DNA of 32,000 nucleotides from Wolbachia endosymbiont of Drosophila innubila (GTDB lineage Bacteria; Pseudomonadota; Alphaproteobacteria; Rickettsiales; Anaplasmataceae): NCBI RefSeq assembly GCF_021378375.1, contig NZ_CP076228.1, positions 630,001 to 662,000 of the forward strand, read 5' to 3'. Shown piece by piece: positions 29,215 to 32,000 of this stretch (position 1 is its first letter; each line of letters starts with the position of its first letter). The notes under the pieces were generated by a model. It saw only the letters and a program-made list of their open reading frames with translations, ran no database searches and was not told where the DNA came from. The position numbers and the translations under genes were made by a program.

Positions 29215-30216
29215 TTATGCAGCAAGTTTTACAAGTATACCTGGGCGATGGCACATTGGTAGAGGGTTTGATTGGGTATGAAGGTCAGTCCCTCTATCAA
29301 ATCTTCTTGGCTCTTGTTTTGCATAGAGCGGTTGTCCTAGTGTATTTACCGTTTCATTAAAGTCCGCTGGCGCAAAGTAAGTAGTAAATGTGCTTGCTGT
29401 ACCAAGTGGAAAACAGTGACCTGTATCTTTCTCAATAAATCTTCTCACGGTTCCTTCAGGATCAGTTGCTTGTCCTCTGTATTCCTCAAATGTTATTCCA
29501 CAAAACGTAAATCCTGATCTCATATCATTCCGAAGCGCTGCTCCTTCTTGCCATCTTTCATATGCTTCTTTTACTTTACTATGCGAAGTTAATGCATCAA
29601 AAAATTCAGGGCTTACCAAAGCATGTACTCCTGTCATATATTCACCACTTAGATTATCTTCTATATGCCGGAGTACTTCCATACACTTACGCTTTACATC
29701 TGTTGTTGCTATTCCCAGTGCAAAATTTACTACTTTTGGCGTAATTTCAAATTCGTTGTAAAGATTTAACAATTCACTGCCATCAGCGTCCAGAATAATC
29801 CCTTTCAACGCCCCCATTCGCAAATGTTCTAACGTTATCGCGTGCTTGTTCCTCATCAATTCCAGATGATCTGTTACCACGTTAGCCAACGCTTTCAGTT
29901 CATTCTCTGACCCAAATGCCCTTATCCCTTGCACTTCCTCAGGTAACACTACGTCATCATGGGGAATATGTGGTATCGTAAACGTTCTTATTTTTCGTTT
30001 TCCACGTTTTCCCACTGTTGCTGGTGCTCCGGGAACTTGCGTTGGTAATAGGCTCAAAACACCGTTTTGCTCTTCTATCGTAATATGTCGGAATCTTACC
30101 GATCTACTTGGAAATAAATTTAAGCTTTCTGTTCGACCATAATTTATCGGCAATATGTTTATTGCTTTAGTTAATTCCGTCATACTAAATGCTGAATTTG
30201 TAAATGGATTTTGCAT
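29215..30216 (-). CDS. gpE: Major capsid protein (lambda gpE family), intact
   Basis: AGGGGA RBS precedes the ATG at 30216. The 333-aa product MQNPFTNSAFSMTELTKAINILP...ends ...LPMCHRPGILVKLAA. Its length and its N- and C-terminal patterns are typical of Phage_cap_E. It lies directly downstream of the gpD-like gene. Confidence 0.9.
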   Translation of the reverse strand: MQNPFTNSAFSMTELTKAINILPINYGRTESLNLFPSRSVRFRHITIEEQNGVLSLLPTQVPGAPATVGKRGKRKIRTFTIPHIPHDDVVLPEEVQGIRAFGSENELKALANVVTDHLELMRNKHAITLEHLRMGALKGIILDADGSELLNLYNEFEITPKVVNFALGIATTDVKRKCMEVLRHIEDNLSGEYMTGVHALVSPEFFDALTSHSKVKEAYERWQEGAALRNDMRSGFTFCGITFEEYRGQATDPEGTVRRFIEKDTGHCFPLGTASTFTTYFAPADFNETVNTLGQPLYAKQEPRRFDRGTDLHTQSNPLPMCHRPGILVKLAA

Positions 30217-30292
30217 GTTTTTCCCCTTTAATGCTGTAGATGTTTGTTGGCTTTTAAGCCCTTTGCGAATGATTAAGATGTTTGCTGGGCTT

Positions 30293-30664
30293 CTAAACCC
30301 CTTTGCGGATAATGATGCCTCGTGCTTCAAGTTGCTTTATTGCTGCAGCTTTCTGCTCTTCTGTTATATTTGCTGGCCACACAACTGCATGATCTGCTAG
30401 CATTGCTATACGTGTAATGATTACTGCTTTGGTATTTTCTTTCACGTTTACATCACTTGCTATCACTCCTATAGCTGTTTGCGTACCATCTGTTGCAGTT
30501 GGATTGATAATCTTAATTACATTATCTTCAATATTACAGCCAACTACAGTACCCAAGCTTAGGTTTTGCCCCTTTGCTACTGTTATTTGGTCTCTTGAGT
30601 ATAGATTTGATGCCTCATACTTTAATAGGTCACCAAGGTTATTTTGTTCGGTTATACAACTCAT
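30293..30664 (-). CDS. gpD: Head decoration protein (lambda gpD family), intact
   Basis: TAGGAG RBS precedes the ATG at 30664. The 123-aa product MSCITEQNNLGDLLKYEASNLYSRDQITVAKGQNLSLGTVVG...AIGVIASDVNV...AVIITRIAMLADHAVVWP fits the gpD pattern and lies upstream of gpE. Confidence 0.82.
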   Translation of the reverse strand: MSCITEQNNLGDLLKYEASNLYSRDQITVAKGQNLSLGTVVGCNIEDNVIKIINPTATDGTQTAIGVIASDVNVKENTKAVIITRIAMLADHAVVWPANITEEQKAAAIKQLEARGIIIRKGV

Positions 30665-30679
30665 AAATGTTTCTCCTAT

Positions 30680-31950
30680 GATTGTTGTCAATAAGAAATT
30701 TCATATTTTGTAAAATCTTTGAAAATCCAGTTGTTTTTAAGAGTATAGAAAATAGTTGTGAGAAACTTCCTAGCAGTAGCAATAATAGCCTTAGCAGAAC
30801 CACGCTTTTTTTCACACGCTCGTAAAAACTTTTCAGATAAGGACTATAACGTATAGCAATCCAAGTACACTGTACTAAAGAAGTACGCCCAATTTTTGAT
30901 CCACGTTTAGTAATTCTTCCAATTGTGCATTGTTGATTGGATTGAGAAACTCGCGGTACAACTCCAAAATAAGCTGTAAGTTTTTCAGGATTACTAAAAT
31001 CATTAATATCACCAATTGTTGCAACAAAAACTGCTGCAGAAATCGCACCAATACCTTTAATGCTGATGAGATTATTAAATCCAGGAAGCTGCTGAGCAAA
31101 AGCTATAATTTCCTTTTCAAGTTTTTTGAGACTTTCTCGAATGACTTCCAGATTACTGCTAATCACTTCAATCTCAACCTTTTCCAAGTGACTCCAATCA
31201 TGTTTACCAAGAGAGCATTCAAATCCCGCTTTGATTGTCAGTACTTCCTTTTTAATCTTTATTCCGTGGTAATTGAAAAGTCCATGTATTTTATTGATTA
31301 AAGATACCCGTGATTTTACTAACTGATCTCTTGTTTTAAGAAGAGAAGCTAACTGTTGGCATTGTTTGCTCTTGCATTTTGCTTCAGGCAACATATCTTT
31401 GCTGAGAAAAAAAGCAATAGCTCTTGCATCATGTTTATCTGTTTTGTTCACAGAACGACGAATAACTTCAAATTGCAAGGGAGCAACCACAACAACGCGC
31501 TTAACGTAAGGTGACACTTCATCATAAAAGAAACAGCTATTTCCCGTTGCCTCTAAGGCTACTTCATCTGTTTCTTGAAGATTTTTGATAAAATTACCTA
31601 AATCCTGTAAGCGAAACGTTTTAATATACTCTGGTTTTTCCTGTTCTAAGTAGCAAGCAGTGAAACTATTAGTATGTAAATCAACACCTATGTAACGCAT
31701 AAATCTTCTCCCTTATTGAATACTCCAACATATCAGAGTAGAATATTACCGGTTGGTCCATTCTCCTATACGCGGTCACTAAATTTTATAGGCCGCACGA
31801 TGGTTTTCGGTGGCAGGGGCGATTAATCTCCTTCACGAGGTCTTTTTCCTATACTGCAAAAAGCAGAAAGGGCCTCACAAACATTTTCAATCTGCCACCT
31901 ATCCACTCTGAGAAGGTATTATCTTCTCATGCTTCCAACCAAGCAATAAC
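30680..31950 (-). mobile_element. IS110-family insertion sequence (element B, unrelated in sequence to element A), boundaries approximate
   Basis: The transposase stop at 30688 lies only 24 nt from the gpD start. About 250 nt of non-coding leader lies upstream of the transposase ATG (31700). Sequence at 31950-32000 looks like the end of the preceding phage gene plus an RBS. Confidence 0.82.
30688..31700 (-). pseudogene. IS110-family (DEDD) transposase; single frameshift in a homopolymer near the C-terminus
   Basis: MRYIGVDLHTNSFTACY...ALEATGNSCFFYDE...VVVVAPLQFEVIRRSVNKTDKHDARAIA, then ISIKGIGAISAAVFVATIGDINDFSNPEKLTAYFGVVPRVSQSNQ...ITKRGSKIGRTSLVQ. After the T7/A7 run at 30806-30812 the conserved tail KRGSAKAIIATARKFLTTIFYTLKNNWIFKDF...* continues in another frame to the stop at 30688. 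Confidence 0.88.
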
Positions 31951-32000
31951 TATTCATACCATCTCCTTAATTGTTTTACCGCCGCTTTTGTTAGTGTTAT

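Noticed and set aside
30875-31301. ORFs 30875-31099 (-) and 30930-31301 (+) lie inside IS110 element B.
   Set aside because: They are alternative-frame and antisense ORFs nested within the clearly homologous transposase reading frame.

Overview
AT-rich bacterial window that reads as a Wolbachia-type temperate phage region (prophage WO-like) embedded in heavily decayed accessory DNA. The organism and phage assignment is inferred from protein families and gene order; no database search was possible.

Layout:
(i) 1-11.9 kb is a roughly 12 kb stretch with no intact gene. It holds an IS5-family transposase remnant, XRE-HTH regulator remnants, and a mutL paralog pseudogene abutted by a group II intron fragment truncated at both ends. 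It also holds an ~11-copy 135-bp tandem array encoding a 45-aa TPR-like repeat, a PD-(D/E)XK-like remnant and a ~2 kb degraded gene of unknown function.
(ii) 12.3-19.7 kb is a block of eukaryote-like genes. It contains one LRR + ankyrin + PRANC/F-box-like gene broken by two 1-nt deletions, a multiply frameshifted ankyrin-containing locus, and one intact ankyrin gene. It also contains a frameshifted protein with a C-terminal double membrane anchor.
(iii) 19.7-31.9 kb, all on the minus strand, is the phage core. It runs from the large serine recombinase and its DUF2924 partner through two tandem ankyrin paralogs and a P2-like baseplate (I, J, W, PAAR, V) to lambda-like connector/head genes (U-like, Z, FII, E, D). 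Two different IS110-family elements interrupt it.

Only about ten ORFs look intact. Many lesions are single-base changes in homopolymers, and three genes carry compensating frameshift pairs, so assembly error versus real decay must be resolved from reads.

Most interesting items: the LRR-ANK-PRANC-like gene, divergent overlapping FII fragments flanking an IS110 element (suggesting a chimeric phage), long structured non-coding IS110 flanks (candidate guide RNAs), a gpI with a ~220-aa extension of unknown function, and the TPR array with higher-order duplication. No rRNA, tRNA, CRISPR array or recognisable cifA/cifB was found.
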